Origin: an uncultured Gammaproteobacteria bacterium
Lineage (GTDB): Bacteria; Patescibacteriota; Patescibacteriia; UBA10025; JAHIVO01
Length of the DNA: 64,000 nucleotides
Direction of reading: 5' to 3'
NCBI GenBank assembly: GCA_964415025.1
Contig: CAYPXF010000005.1
Location: 1,484-65,483, forward strand
Part shown: positions 38,183 through 47,927 of the stretch, in pieces
How the letters are laid out: every line of letters starts with the position of its first letter
Numbering within the stretch: position 1 is the first letter of the stretch
The notes under the pieces: generated by a model
Seen by the model: only the letters and a program-made list of their open reading frames with translations
Told to the model about the DNA's origin: nothing
Database searches by the model: none
Program-made: the position numbers and the translations under genes

Positions 38183-39533
38183 ACATTATTCACAACGCGG
38201 TTCTGTCTTATTGTATTCACTGCTGGTGATTACACTGCTGACGGCTATTGCCATCACCGTATCTATTATCGTGGTTAATGAGATCAAGCTAAGCGCGGCC
38301 TCGGCTAATGCAACCATGGCGTATTATGCGGCCGAGTCAGGCATAGAGCGCGGATTATATGAAGTAAAAATAAACCGTGACAGTGCCGCTCTTACATCGA
38401 CACTGAATACGATTCAGGGCTTCACCGCTGACCATGATTTTGTTAATAATGCTGATTATGCCAACGATCAGTCTGATCAAGAAAGCTCCTCCATCACTAA
38501 CGAGTTTATCGTCCATAATAACTATACCCAGGCTGATTATTATGATGTCGATGATCCGTTGGATACGACGCTGCCAGATAATACGATAGTCAAATCAATC
38601 GAAATAAAAAATGGCGATACTACAAACCCTGATTCCAGCTCGTGGGCAGAAGTATCCTGGACTGCCTGGGATGATTCGGGCACATTACTGGCGTCAGACA
38701 GAGCCAGAAAAATTATCGGACCAAGCGATCTGGAAGATCCGGGCTGGACAATAAATGATTTGGATGTTTTCGACGGTGATCCGGTTGGTTACCGCATCCG
38801 TATCCGGGCCCTATTTGGCGACCTTTCATCACTTACCGTAGTGCCGTATGACACGTTTGGTTCGCAGATAACTGACCAGCTGCCATCTCACATCCGCATC
38901 AAGTCAGTGGGTGAGCGTAATAACTTTAAGCAGTCGTTGACCGCCACGGTGCCGTGGAAAGTGCCGCTGTTTGGTTTGTATGACTATGTGCTGTTCAGCG
39001 AAGGGGAAATTATGAAGACAATTATCTTGAGCCAGCCGGTGTATAGTTCTGGAACCATCGGGGTAGAGGAGGATAATACAACGGCTGGTTTATGTACAAA
39101 CTGTGCCGGCGGTAGCTCATGTGCAGATGAAGGATGGCTGGCCACATCATGCAGTCTTACTGCCTCATGCACGATCCAGGCGGCGCCTAACCCATCGTAT
39201 TGTTCGCTACCGAGCGCTGTAGATTCATTCACATTGCCGATTCCTGATGAAGTATCGGCCGGACCAGAGTTTTATATCAGTCTGCGGGAAAAGGCTACTT
39301 CTGGTACAAGTCTGGAACTAAATATCAGTGATCCGATAGAGGGTGATCTGGGTTTGGTGCACGATATTCCGGCGGACAGTGATTGGCAGACGTGCACGAT
39401 TGCCGAGTCATTCCCCTTGAGCGGGGAAACAGGACGGAGTATCATGTTCAGCAACAGGAGCGCAAATAATATAGACATTGACTGGTACCAGATCAGCTCG
39501 TATAAGATATTTGATGACTGTGAGGGAAGTTAG
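38175..39533 (+). CDS. PilX-like pilin with a C-terminal accessory domain
   Basis: RG/SVLLYSLLV..AYYAAESGIERGLY (PilX N-terminal signature); ATG overlaps the upstream stop. Confidence 0.8.
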   Translation: MSKHYSQRGSVLLYSLLVITLLTAIAITVSIIVVNEIKLSAASANATMAYYAAESGIERGLYEVKINRDSAALTSTLNTIQGFTADHDFVNNADYANDQSDQESSSITNEFIVHNNYTQADYYDVDDPLDTTLPDNTIVKSIEIKNGDTTNPDSSSWAEVSWTAWDDSGTLLASDRARKIIGPSDLEDPGWTINDLDVFDGDPVGYRIRIRALFGDLSSLTVVPYDTFGSQITDQLPSHIRIKSVGERNNFKQSLTATVPWKVPLFGLYDYVLFSEGEIMKTIILSQPVYSSGTIGVEEDNTTAGLCTNCAGGSSCADEGWLATSCSLTASCTIQAAPNPSYCSLPSAVDSFTLPIPDEVSAGPEFYISLREKATSGTSLELNISDPIEGDLGLVHDIPADSDWQTCTIAESFPLSGETGRSIMFSNRSANNIDIDWYQISSYKIFDDCEGS

Positions 39534-39703
39534 TTTGGTTGTTGGTTGTTTGATGCTGGTTTTAGAATAAAGAAGAGTGTTTTGGATGTGAGGGGTGAGT
39601 CGGGATGCGTGTTGTAAGAGGTGTGATTACTCGTCACTAACCTCCAAACTCACTGCTCACTTCGGAAGCTTACACCACACTTCCCGCGTATGAAATATTA
39701 GCT

Positions 39704-41719
39704 ATGAACAAACAGGCAGCAAAATTACGGATAAAAAAACTGCGTGAGGAAATCAACCATCACCGCTATCTTTACCATGTCCTGGATCAGCAGGAAATTT
39801 CAGACGCGGCGCTGGATTCGCTCAAACACGAGCTGGATGAATTGGAAAAAAAATATCCTGATTTGATTACGGATGATTCACCGACCCAGCGTGTGGGCGG
39901 GGTAGCCCTGGATAAGTTTACTAAAGTAGAACATAGCACTCCGATGCTGTCGCTGAATGATGTGTTTTCATTTGATGGGCTAAAAGAATGGGAAGAGCGT
40001 AACCAAAAGCTTATACCGGAGAATATACAGCTGGATTATTACGCGGAAATAAAAATGGACGGACTGGCTGTAGCGCTGCTATACCGCGATGGCATGCTGG
40101 TGCAGGGCGCGACCAGGGGGGACGGGAAAATCGGAGAGGACATAACCCAAAATTTGCGTACGGTGGAAGCAATTCCGTTAGGCCTACGGCTAGAAAAACT
40201 GCCATCCGCTATTCAGAAAAAGGCTGCCGGTGAGATAGAAGTGCGCGGTGAAGTATACATGACTAAGAAGGTATTTGACCGGGTGAATAAAGAGCAGGAA
40301 AAGCAAGGCCTGCAGACATTTGCTAATCCGCGCAACGCGGCCGCCGGTTCAGTGCGCCAGCTGGACCCAAAGATTACTGCGGCACGTACCCTAAGTTTCG
40401 TCGCGTATGACCTGATGACAGATCTCGGACAGCAGACCCATGAGCAGGCGCACGAGATTGTCCAGCAGCTCGGCTTCCGGTCAAACAAACATAACCAGCA
40501 TTGCCAGGACATTACCGCGGTTGAAGCGTATCATAAGAAAGTAGGCAAAATCAGGGAACGATTTGCCTATTGGACCGACGGCATCGTGGTCAATGTCAAT
40601 AATCTGGAGACATTTAAACGGCTGGGCGTGGTAGGCAAAGCGCCGCGCGGTTCACTTGCCTATAAATACCCGGCCGAGCAGGCTACGACCGTAGTCGAGG
40701 ATATCCAGGTGCAGGTCGGCCGGACCGGCGCGCTGACGCCGGTAGCCCATCTCAAGCCGGTCCAGGTCGCCGGTACCACCGTGTCGCGGGCGACGCTGCA
40801 TAATATGGACGAAATAGGGCGGCTGGACGTGCGCATCCGCGATACGGTCATTATCCAAAAAGCCGGCGATATTATTCCAGACATCGTGGAAGTATTGTCC
40901 AATATGCGCACCGGACGTGAGAAAAAATTCCGCATGCCGAAGCAATGCCCGATATGCAATTCGCCGGTTGAACAGCGACCTGGTGAAGTAGCGCATTACT
41001 GCATAAACAAGCAGTGTTACGCCATACAAATTGAGCTGCTGGAGCATTTTATTTCCCGGAAAGGGTTTGACATCGACGGCCTGGGCCCGAAAATTCTGGA
41101 ACAACTATGGCAGGCTGATTTAGTTAAGTCTCCGGCTGACCTGTTTGTACTGCGCGAGGCGGATGTTGAGCCGCTAGAGCGGTTTGCAGAGAAATCATCG
41201 GAAAACCTGATTGCCTCAATACAGTCTTCAAAAAAAATAACACTGCCCCGTTTTATTTACGCGTTGGGCATCAGGCATGTGGGCGAGGAAACGGCTATTG
41301 TGCTGGCGCGTCATTTTGGTGTCCTGAAAAAATTGATGACAGCAGATTTGGAGGAGCTCACCGCACTGCACGACATCGGCGAGGTGGTGGCCCACAGTAT
41401 TTATGAGTATTTCCAGGATACGGGCAATCAAAAACTTATTAAAAAACTCCTGGAACAAGGAATCGATATCCAGCTGATGCAGCAGAAAGCGACTACTAAA
41501 TTATCAGGCAAATCGATCGTGATTACCGGTACGCTGGAAACGCTGTCGCGTGAAGAAGCAAAACAAAAAATCAGACAAGCCGGGGGTAAATGGGCGTCAT
41601 CTGTTTCAAAAAACACTGATTACGTCGTGGTGGGAAACAATCCCGGCACAAAAGCCGACAAAACAAAAAAAATTGGCGTTACCATGCTTACCGAGGCAGA
41701 TTTTTTGAAGCTTTTATAA
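39704..41719 (+). CDS. ligA: NAD-dependent DNA ligase
   Basis: KMDG adenylation motif, TRGDG, FANPRNAAAGS, VGRTG, zinc finger, BRCT. Confidence 0.97.
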   Translation: MNKQAAKLRIKKLREEINHHRYLYHVLDQQEISDAALDSLKHELDELEKKYPDLITDDSPTQRVGGVALDKFTKVEHSTPMLSLNDVFSFDGLKEWEERNQKLIPENIQLDYYAEIKMDGLAVALLYRDGMLVQGATRGDGKIGEDITQNLRTVEAIPLGLRLEKLPSAIQKKAAGEIEVRGEVYMTKKVFDRVNKEQEKQGLQTFANPRNAAAGSVRQLDPKITAARTLSFVAYDLMTDLGQQTHEQAHEIVQQLGFRSNKHNQHCQDITAVEAYHKKVGKIRERFAYWTDGIVVNVNNLETFKRLGVVGKAPRGSLAYKYPAEQATTVVEDIQVQVGRTGALTPVAHLKPVQVAGTTVSRATLHNMDEIGRLDVRIRDTVIIQKAGDIIPDIVEVLSNMRTGREKKFRMPKQCPICNSPVEQRPGEVAHYCINKQCYAIQIELLEHFISRKGFDIDGLGPKILEQLWQADLVKSPADLFVLREADVEPLERFAEKSSENLIASIQSSKKITLPRFIYALGIRHVGEETAIVLARHFGVLKKLMTADLEELTALHDIGEVVAHSIYEYFQDTGNQKLIKKLLEQGIDIQLMQQKATTKLSGKSIVITGTLETLSREEAKQKIRQAGGKWASSVSKNTDYVVVGNNPGTKADKTKKIGVTMLTEADFLKLL

Positions 41720-41738
41720 TTATTGGTATACTGATTGT

Positions 41739-42041
41739 ATGGCTATTACCAAAACCGAAGTCGAAAAGCTCGCGCGGCTAGCGCGCATTAATCTAACACC
41801 AGAAGAAAAAGAGAAATTTAGCGAACAAATTTCTTCCATTTTAGAATATGTCAAACAGATCCAGGAGGTAGATACATCTGCTGTTCAGAATACGGTTAAC
41901 CAGCAGGCGTCTAAAAATGTATGGCGAGAGGATACGGTCGAGCCCTGCCAAAATGTGCGGGACAACATTGACCAGTTCCCGGAAAAGGTCGGCAGCCTGA
42001 ATAAGGTACCGTCGGTTTTTGAGAGAAATAAAAAGACCTAA
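41739..42041 (+). CDS. gatC: Asp/Glu-tRNA amidotransferase subunit C
   Basis: LA.LARI.L, ILEY..Q..EVDT, RED, KVP.V; precedes gatA. Confidence 0.92.
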   Translation: MAITKTEVEKLARLARINLTPEEKEKFSEQISSILEYVKQIQEVDTSAVQNTVNQQASKNVWREDTVEPCQNVRDNIDQFPEKVGSLNKVPSVFERNKKT

Positions 42042-42052
42042 ATATTTTAAAA

Positions 42053-43513
42053 ATGGATATTACCACGCTGACAATTGAACAAGCGCGTCAGGGATTGGCT
42101 GATAAGCAGTTTTCCTCGGCTGAATTAACCGAAGCGTATTTGGCCGCCATAGAAAAAGTAAACCCCCAGGTGGAAGCATTTTTATCTATTCATACAGACC
42201 AGGCCCGTGATCAGGCCAGGGCAGCCGATAAACAGATCCAGGCCGGCCAGGCCGGACCGCTGACCGGTATTCCGCTGGCGATAAAAGACAATATTACAAT
42301 ACAGGGTACCACTGCCACGGCCGGTGCCAGCACCCTTTCGAACTATACCGCTACCTATGATGCCACAGTAATACAAAACCTACGCGAGTGCGGGGCAGTA
42401 TTCCTGGGAAAAACAAACCTGGATGAATTTGCCATGGGATCATCCACAGAAAATTCGACCCTGGCTACCACGAAAAACCCGTGGGATTTAGGTCGCGTAC
42501 CGGGCGGATCATCCGGCGGATCTGCAGCAGCAGTGGCTGCCCGGTTATGTGCCGGCGCACTCGGGTCTGACACAGGCGGCTCTATCCGCCAGCCGGCGTC
42601 ATTTTGCGGAACCGTCGGCCTGAAGCCGACCTATGGACGTGTGTCTCGACACGGACTCATCGCCATGTCATCTTCATTGGATCAAATCGGTCCGCTGACT
42701 GCTACGGTTCAGGATGCCGCATATATACTAGAAGCAATTGCTGGGCAGGATAGCAATGACAGTACCACCGTACCACACATGCCGCCCGGCATTAATGCGG
42801 ACCAGGATATCAAAGGGATGACAATAGGTGTACCGCGGGAATATTTTATAGAGGGTATGGATCATGAAGTGCGCCAGCTGGTAGAGCAAGCCATCAACAA
42901 ACTCAAAGAGCTCGGAGCAGAAATTCAGGAAGTATCATTACCGCTTACTAAGTATGCCCTGGCCGTATACCAGGTCATGATGACGGCAGAGGTATCGTCA
43001 AATTTGGCCCGGTATGATGGCATACGATACGGCCAACGCGAGCCGGCAGACACGTTATATGAGGTATATGCGCGGTCGCGAGCAGCTGGTTTTGGCGCTG
43101 AAACCAAACGGCGTATCATGCTGGGTACGTACGCGCTTTCGTCCGGCCACTATGACCAGTATTACCAACAAACACAGAAGTTACGCGTGCTTATCCGGAG
43201 CGAATTTGCTGATATATTTAAAAAAGTGGATTGCCTGGTCACGCCGACTGCGCCAACGGTAGCTTTTGCCCTCGGAGAAAAGTACGAAGACCCACTGACC
43301 ATGTATCTCTCGGATATTTATACGGTACCGGCAAATATAGGCGATATTTGCGCGCTCTCACTGCCGTGCGGCTTTGATGAAAGGATGCCGGTCGGCCTCC
43401 AGCTCATGGCCCAGCCGTTTGATGAGGCCACGCTTTTCCGTGTTGGTAATGCGTATGAGCGCGTCACTGACTGGCATCGGCGCGTGCCGCCAATCATTGA
43501 CATTGGCAGCTAG
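42053..43513 (+). CDS. gatA: Asp/Glu-tRNA amidotransferase subunit A
   Basis: KDN, GKTNLDEFAMGSSTENS, PGGSSGGSAAAV, GSDTGGSIRQPA, SSNLARYDG. Confidence 0.97.
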   Translation: MDITTLTIEQARQGLADKQFSSAELTEAYLAAIEKVNPQVEAFLSIHTDQARDQARAADKQIQAGQAGPLTGIPLAIKDNITIQGTTATAGASTLSNYTATYDATVIQNLRECGAVFLGKTNLDEFAMGSSTENSTLATTKNPWDLGRVPGGSSGGSAAAVAARLCAGALGSDTGGSIRQPASFCGTVGLKPTYGRVSRHGLIAMSSSLDQIGPLTATVQDAAYILEAIAGQDSNDSTTVPHMPPGINADQDIKGMTIGVPREYFIEGMDHEVRQLVEQAINKLKELGAEIQEVSLPLTKYALAVYQVMMTAEVSSNLARYDGIRYGQREPADTLYEVYARSRAAGFGAETKRRIMLGTYALSSGHYDQYYQQTQKLRVLIRSEFADIFKKVDCLVTPTAPTVAFALGEKYEDPLTMYLSDIYTVPANIGDICALSLPCGFDERMPVGLQLMAQPFDEATLFRVGNAYERVTDWHRRVPPIIDIGS

Positions 43514-43556
43514 TCTCGGTATACTATACATACACTAACAATTTACAGTGCAGTTT

Positions 43557-43982
43557 ATGGCAGAGGAAAAAGAGCAAAAGAACAAAAAATACGATACTAA
43601 GATATTGCTGATTGAGGACGATAAAATGCTGGCTGATATGTATATTACCAAGTTTTCAAAAGAAGGCATGGAGGTTATCCGAGCCGAAGACGGTGCCCAG
43701 GGTCTGGAAATAGCTAAAAAAGAAAAACCTGACTTAATTCTGCTTGATATTATCATGCCCAAGCTTGATGGTTTTGCCGTACTGCGTGAACTGCGCAAAG
43801 ATTCGGATATAGGCAAAACACACGTACTCCTGCTGACAAACCTCGGCCAATCAGAGGATGTAGAAAAGGGCCAGGAGCTGGGAGCAGACGATTACTTTAT
43901 CAAGGCTAACCATACGCCGGCCGAAATCGTGGAAAAGGTAAAATACCTCCTCTCGAAAAAAGAAAAAGAAGAAAATTCATAA
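43557..43982 (+). CDS. Single-domain response regulator (receiver)
   Basis: IEDD, LLDIIMP, LLTNLGQ, YFIKAN; close paralogue of 28512. Confidence 0.92.
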   Translation: MAEEKEQKNKKYDTKILLIEDDKMLADMYITKFSKEGMEVIRAEDGAQGLEIAKKEKPDLILLDIIMPKLDGFAVLRELRKDSDIGKTHVLLLTNLGQSEDVEKGQELGADDYFIKANHTPAEIVEKVKYLLSKKEKEENS

Positions 43983-43987
43983 AACAT

Positions 43988-44587
43988 ATGTCACATCAAG
44001 ATCCACGGCTGGAAAAAACAGTCGTTTTATTAAAACCCGACACCGTTAAAAGGGGACTTATCGGAGAAATCATCGGCCGATTCGAAAAAGCTGGCTTCAA
44101 GATGGCAGCTCTCAAAATGGTCTGGGTGCAGGCGGACATTGTCGCCAAGCATTATCCGGATAATAAAGAGTATTTGACTACAGTTGGCGAGAAGACACTT
44201 AAAACATACGAAGAGTACGGCCGTGATGCTAATGAGGAATTAGGCACGAGAGATCCTTATGAGATAGGCAAGAAAGTACGTGAGTGGAATATGACATTTT
44301 TGAGCTCGGGTCCGGTGGTGGCAATATTGCTCCAGGGCACACACGCAGTAGATGCAGTGCGTATGATGGTGGGCAATACGTTGCCGCGGTTTGCCGAGGC
44401 AGGTACAATCCGCGGTGACTTTTCGCTGGACTCCCCGATTTTAGCTAATCAGCAAAAACGGACGGTTAAAAACATGATACATGCCTCCGGAACGATCGAG
44501 GAAGCTGAATTTGAAGAACAACTGTGGTTCCGCACAAATGAAATCCATGACTATAAACGGGCAGATGAAGACGTGATGTTTGAATAG
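43988..44587 (+). CDS. ndk: Nucleoside diphosphate kinase
   Basis: KPD.VKRGLIGEII.RFE, SGPVVA, GTIRGDF, N.IHASG. Confidence 0.93.
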   Translation: MSHQDPRLEKTVVLLKPDTVKRGLIGEIIGRFEKAGFKMAALKMVWVQADIVAKHYPDNKEYLTTVGEKTLKTYEEYGRDANEELGTRDPYEIGKKVREWNMTFLSSGPVVAILLQGTHAVDAVRMMVGNTLPRFAEAGTIRGDFSLDSPILANQQKRTVKNMIHASGTIEEAEFEEQLWFRTNEIHDYKRADEDVMFE

Positions 44588-44635
44588 ATTTTGAAAACTT
44601 CTTTTTGAAAAAGTAGTTTTTGAATTTTAATTAAT

Positions 44636-44663
44636 TTGACAAACTTTTAGCAACTGGTATACT
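44636..44663 (+). promoter_or_regulatory. Sigma70-type promoter of a small ORF
   Basis: TTGACA-16 nt-TATACT with TG extension. Confidence 0.55.
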
Positions 44664-44693
44664 ACTGAATAATACATGTGGAAAAAATATTAC

Positions 44694-44801
44694 ATGCAAA
44701 TACATAAACCTACAATAGATAATACAAATTACACGCTCATCGGCGCGGCGCTTATTATTGGCATTATTATTCTCGCTAGCGGCTTGATGGTCAGCCTGTA
44801 A
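44694..44801 (+). CDS. Small hydrophobic peptide (35 aa, MQIHKPTIDNTNYTLIGAALIIGIIILASGLMVSL)
   Basis: Read manually; flanked by its own promoter and terminator. Confidence 0.45.
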   Translation: MQIHKPTIDNTNYTLIGAALIIGIIILASGLMVSL

Positions 44802-44827
44802 TTATTTATACATACGCACTGTTACAG

Positions 44828-44853
44828 ACTAGCCATCAAGCGGCTAGTTTTTT
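44828..44853 (+). terminator. Intrinsic terminator
   Basis: actagcc-atcaagc-ggctagt followed by a T run. Confidence 0.6.
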
Positions 44854-44920
44854 CGATATAGATTTATACAGAAACAAACCACCAAAATATTTCGCACCTT
44901 ACAACAAAGGAAGGGACTAT

Positions 44921-45145
44921 ATGGGCACGCATCCTACTGGGATTCGTCAGCTTATCGAAGCCATGGCGCAAAAGCCATCCCTGTGCCATCAGGCACCGCG
45001 TGAGATGATCATTACTGATGAATGTATCGGCGTCCGTTGCTCGCAATGCCGGGACGACTATTTACTGGTCAGAGATCCCGTATCGAAAAAGTACGGGCTT
45101 CAAGTGAAAAATGCTAATAAAAAAGAATCACCAAAAAGTTTTTAG
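44921..45145 (+). CDS. Small hypothetical protein with CxxC
   Basis: SD-like AAGGAAGGG upstream; CSQC. Confidence 0.55.
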   Translation: MGTHPTGIRQLIEAMAQKPSLCHQAPREMIITDECIGVRCSQCRDDYLLVRDPVSKKYGLQVKNANKKESPKSF

Positions 45146-45158
45146 GGAGGAAGTCACT

Positions 45159-45335
45159 ATGCAGGTACGGCCAGAAGATCAAAGATCCAAAAAAGATACG
45201 ATCAGGGACCAGAGTAACAACTGTCCCAAGTGCGGACGTTTGCTGGATATCCGACCGGCGCATGACGCCATGCTGCCAAACGGACTGGAACAGTACTGCG
45301 CTTCACGTATATGTGGTTATTACCGTAGAATATAG
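45159..45335 (+). CDS. Small zinc-ribbon-like protein
   Basis: SD GGGAGG; CPKCG ... CASRICGY. Confidence 0.6.
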   Translation: MQVRPEDQRSKKDTIRDQSNNCPKCGRLLDIRPAHDAMLPNGLEQYCASRICGYYRRI

Positions 45336-45369
45336 TGGTATTCAGGGATGAATCAGAGCAAGGATGCTC

Positions 45370-45405
45370 AATCCCCCCTGCTTAAAACAGCAGGGGGATT
45401 TTTTT
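45370..45405. terminator. Intrinsic terminator between the small ORFs and the convergent tRNA
   Basis: atcccccctgc..gcagggggat followed by a T run. Confidence 0.65.
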
Positions 45406-45505
45406 CGAATATATGCTGGATATCTCAAAACAGGCAAGCGTTCGATAATCTTCCGCACGTAGCCCGCTCGTTCCGAGCGAACCGCTTCGTACTGTATGAC
45501 ATCAA

Positions 45506-45579
45506 TCGGGGTGGCGGGACTTGAACCCGCGACCTCACGCACCCCATGCGTACGCGCTAGCCAACTGCGCTACACCCCG
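45506..45579 (-). tRNA. tRNA-Pro (anticodon GGG), CCA not encoded
   Basis: Reverse complement CGGGGTGTAGCGCAGTTGGCTAGCGCGTACGCATGGGGTGCGTGAGGTCGCGGGTTCAAGTCCCGCCACCCCGA folds as a cloverleaf. Confidence 0.95.
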
Positions 45580-45677
45580 GTTGGTTCCACAAGTCAATAA
45601 GCGCCTATCCCTCCGTATAACTATATGATAGTATCCTGTATTATACGTCGCTTTTGTATAAATGCAAATATTCAGCT

Positions 45678-45712
45678 AAAAAAATCCCCACTGTTAAATA
45701 TAACAGTGGGGA
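45678..45712 (-). terminator. Intrinsic terminator of the 45729-46325 gene
   Basis: tccccactgtta-aata-taacagtgggga stem with a T run on the minus strand. Confidence 0.75.
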
Positions 45713-45728
45713 GTGATGCATAATATTA

Positions 45729-46325
45729 TTATCTGAATGTGGGCACTGCCTGGGGCAGTGTTTTTATTATCTGCCGGGCAAACGGCTGCAGGTTTACCGG
45801 CAATTGACGGGAAAATCGGCTCGTGTCGGAAATTCTTGCATTGGTAATAAGAGCTGTTTTGCTTGTGCGAACAGCCATCAAGTACTGTACATCAGTGGTC
45901 GGTGATGTGCGCGGCGGCAGAATCTGGAATTCTTTGATTTTCATGAAGTTTGTTCCCTGCACTGAAACCAACAGGTGGCTGGGGGGATTGATCGGTGTTC
46001 CGTTTTCTATAGCCGGTATGGGTGTGGATTGGAATCGCAGGCAAAAATTCTGACCAGACAGATCAATCGGCATGATTGGCTCGAGCGCATTGCCATCCTG
46101 CCGTAGCAGTAATAGTTTGCGGCCGTGCACTGACCGTGCGTCGATAGCAAAAGCTATTTGTCGCGGCGGGCCAGCGCCGTTAATCGGAGCTGAGAACGTG
46201 AAGATAATCTCGTCGCCTTTTTTTTTCAATTCCTGCGGTGAAATAATTACCTGTCGGGATCCAGGCTCGTCCGTTTCGCCTGGTTGTTCATCAGAAAATA
46301 ATATAGCTCGAGAGGTAAGCTGCAT
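45729..46325 (-). CDS. Hypothetical protein
   Basis: ORF with SD AGGAGGG upstream and a terminator downstream; no recognisable motif. Confidence 0.6.
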   Translation of the reverse strand: MQLTSRAILFSDEQPGETDEPGSRQVIISPQELKKKGDEIIFTFSAPINGAGPPRQIAFAIDARSVHGRKLLLLRQDGNALEPIMPIDLSGQNFCLRFQSTPIPAIENGTPINPPSHLLVSVQGTNFMKIKEFQILPPRTSPTTDVQYLMAVRTSKTALITNARISDTSRFSRQLPVNLQPFARQIIKTLPQAVPTFR

Positions 46326-46518
46326 CAAAATGACCCTCCTTGGCGATCCTTCGCCAGTTGTGTGTTTGTATAAAGATCTCGAGGCGTGCTTGTCTTTATT
46401 GTACAGACATAGTAGCGATTATGTCAAAGTTCTGAAAAACTATACTGTATAACATGGTTATTTCATGAAGTCAAGGTAGTGTATTGCTAAAACCGTATTT
46501 TCACGCTATAAAGAGTAC

Positions 46519-46596
46519 ATGGCTGATGATATTATTTTGGTTAATGCACAAGATAAACAAATTGGCACGGGTGAAAAAATGCCGGTGCTTAAGTGA
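46519..46596 (+). pseudogene. idi: Truncated 5' copy of idi (MADDIILVNAQDKQIGTGEKMPVLK*); left boundary of the island
   Basis: The first 23 codons match intact idi at 57992 (MPDDIILVNAQDEQIGTGEKMPV) except two residues. Confidence 0.85.
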
Positions 46597-46637
46597 TTAG
46601 GTTTTAGGTGTTAAGAGGTTAGGTTTTCAGACTAATA

Positions 46638-46695
46638 AAACCATTGAAATAGCGTCTAAATCTACTGGAAAAATGGGGTGGTTTGGGGTATAATA
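46638..46695 (+). promoter_or_regulatory. Cassette promoter, copy 1
   Basis: 48/58 ungapped identity to 49442-49499; ends GGGGTATAATA; ATG at the same distance in both copies. Confidence 0.8.
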
Positions 46696-46721
46696 AGAAC
46701 ATAGATTAATAAAATAACACC

Positions 46722-47912
46722 ATGCAACAATTATTAAGAAGCATCCAGGAAATTGAAAAACTGGGCAACTATCCTTGTATCGATACCATTGAAGGTTCGC
46801 TGGGACCGAAGGTAAAAATTGACGGTGAAGATTATTATTTATTTTCTTCAAATGGGTATTTGGGGTTTTCAACTCATCCACAATGTAAAACCGCCGCAAT
46901 TAACGCGATAGAAAAGTATGGCACGGGTTCTGGTGCTTCGCGTGTTGTTTCGGGAACATATGATATACACACTAAACTTGAAGATGAGATAGCCAATTTC
47001 AAAGAAAAAGAGTCGGCCATGGTTTTGACCAGCGGATATTCGGCCAACGTAAGTCTGATACCAGTATTGGCAAACAGTTTTTCAATATTTAGCAAGAAGC
47101 CAGATTTTAAAACGATGATCTTTAGCGATGAATACAATCATGCGAGTATTATTGATGGTGTTAAATTGTCTGGATCGGCTGTTACAATATATCCGCATAA
47201 AGACATGAAGTTCTTAGAAGAAATGTTACAAAAGTATGATAGCTACCGGAAGCTCATTATTACGGATAGTATTTTTAGTATGGATGGGGACATAGCGCCT
47301 TTAGACAGAATAGTTGAACTGAAAAAAAAATATAATGCGATGCTATTAATAGATGAAGCGCACGCTACTGGCGTCATTGGTAAATACGGAAAGGGAGTTG
47401 CAAACTTTCTTAACGTGACTAAAGACGTGGATATCATAATGGGAACTTTCAGTAAGGCTTTTGGCTCTATTGGAGCATATATTGCCAGTAGTTGTGAAAT
47501 TATTAAATTACTAAAAGTTGCGGTAAGAGGGTATGTTTTTTCAACTGCACTCCCCCCCCCTGATCTGGCCGTTAGCCGAGAGTCTATAAAAATTTTGAAA
47601 GATAGTCCAGGTCTGGGCGATGAGCTTCAGAAAAAATCTACTTACCTTAGAGATTCTCTAAACAAAATAGGATTTTCGACACTTGGTAGCCAAACGCAAA
47701 TAATTCCTATTTTAATCGGAGACATTATGATAGCTTTGAAATTTCAAACTGAATTGAGGAAACGAAAAATTATCGCACCCTGCATCCAATGGCCAGCCGT
47801 ACCAAGGGATAAAAGTCGTATTAGATTCTCTGTCATGCTGACTCACTCAAAAGAGGATATAGAATACCTAATAAATTCATGCCAGAAGATTAAAAAAGAC
47901 CTACAAATATAA
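46722..47912 (+). CDS. PLP-dependent alpha-oxoamine synthase (BioF/SPT/CqsA-LqsA family)
   Basis: FSSNGYLG, GTGSGASRV, SDEYNHASIIDG, DSIFSMDGD, DEAHATG, GTFSKAFG. Confidence 0.9.
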   Translation: MQQLLRSIQEIEKLGNYPCIDTIEGSLGPKVKIDGEDYYLFSSNGYLGFSTHPQCKTAAINAIEKYGTGSGASRVVSGTYDIHTKLEDEIANFKEKESAMVLTSGYSANVSLIPVLANSFSIFSKKPDFKTMIFSDEYNHASIIDGVKLSGSAVTIYPHKDMKFLEEMLQKYDSYRKLIITDSIFSMDGDIAPLDRIVELKKKYNAMLLIDEAHATGVIGKYGKGVANFLNVTKDVDIIMGTFSKAFGSIGAYIASSCEIIKLLKVAVRGYVFSTALPPPDLAVSRESIKILKDSPGLGDELQKKSTYLRDSLNKIGFSTLGSQTQIIPILIGDIMIALKFQTELRKRKIIAPCIQWPAVPRDKSRIRFSVMLTHSKEDIEYLINSCQKIKKDLQI

Positions 47913-47927
47913 GAACCATTCAATATT

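Noticed and set aside
45506-45579. tRNA-Pro as attachment site of the island
   Set aside because: I found no duplicated tRNA 3' end; the duplication is in idi.
46722-47912. Assigning bioF or cqsA as gene symbol
   Set aside because: The family is clear, but substrate specificity cannot be read from the motifs.
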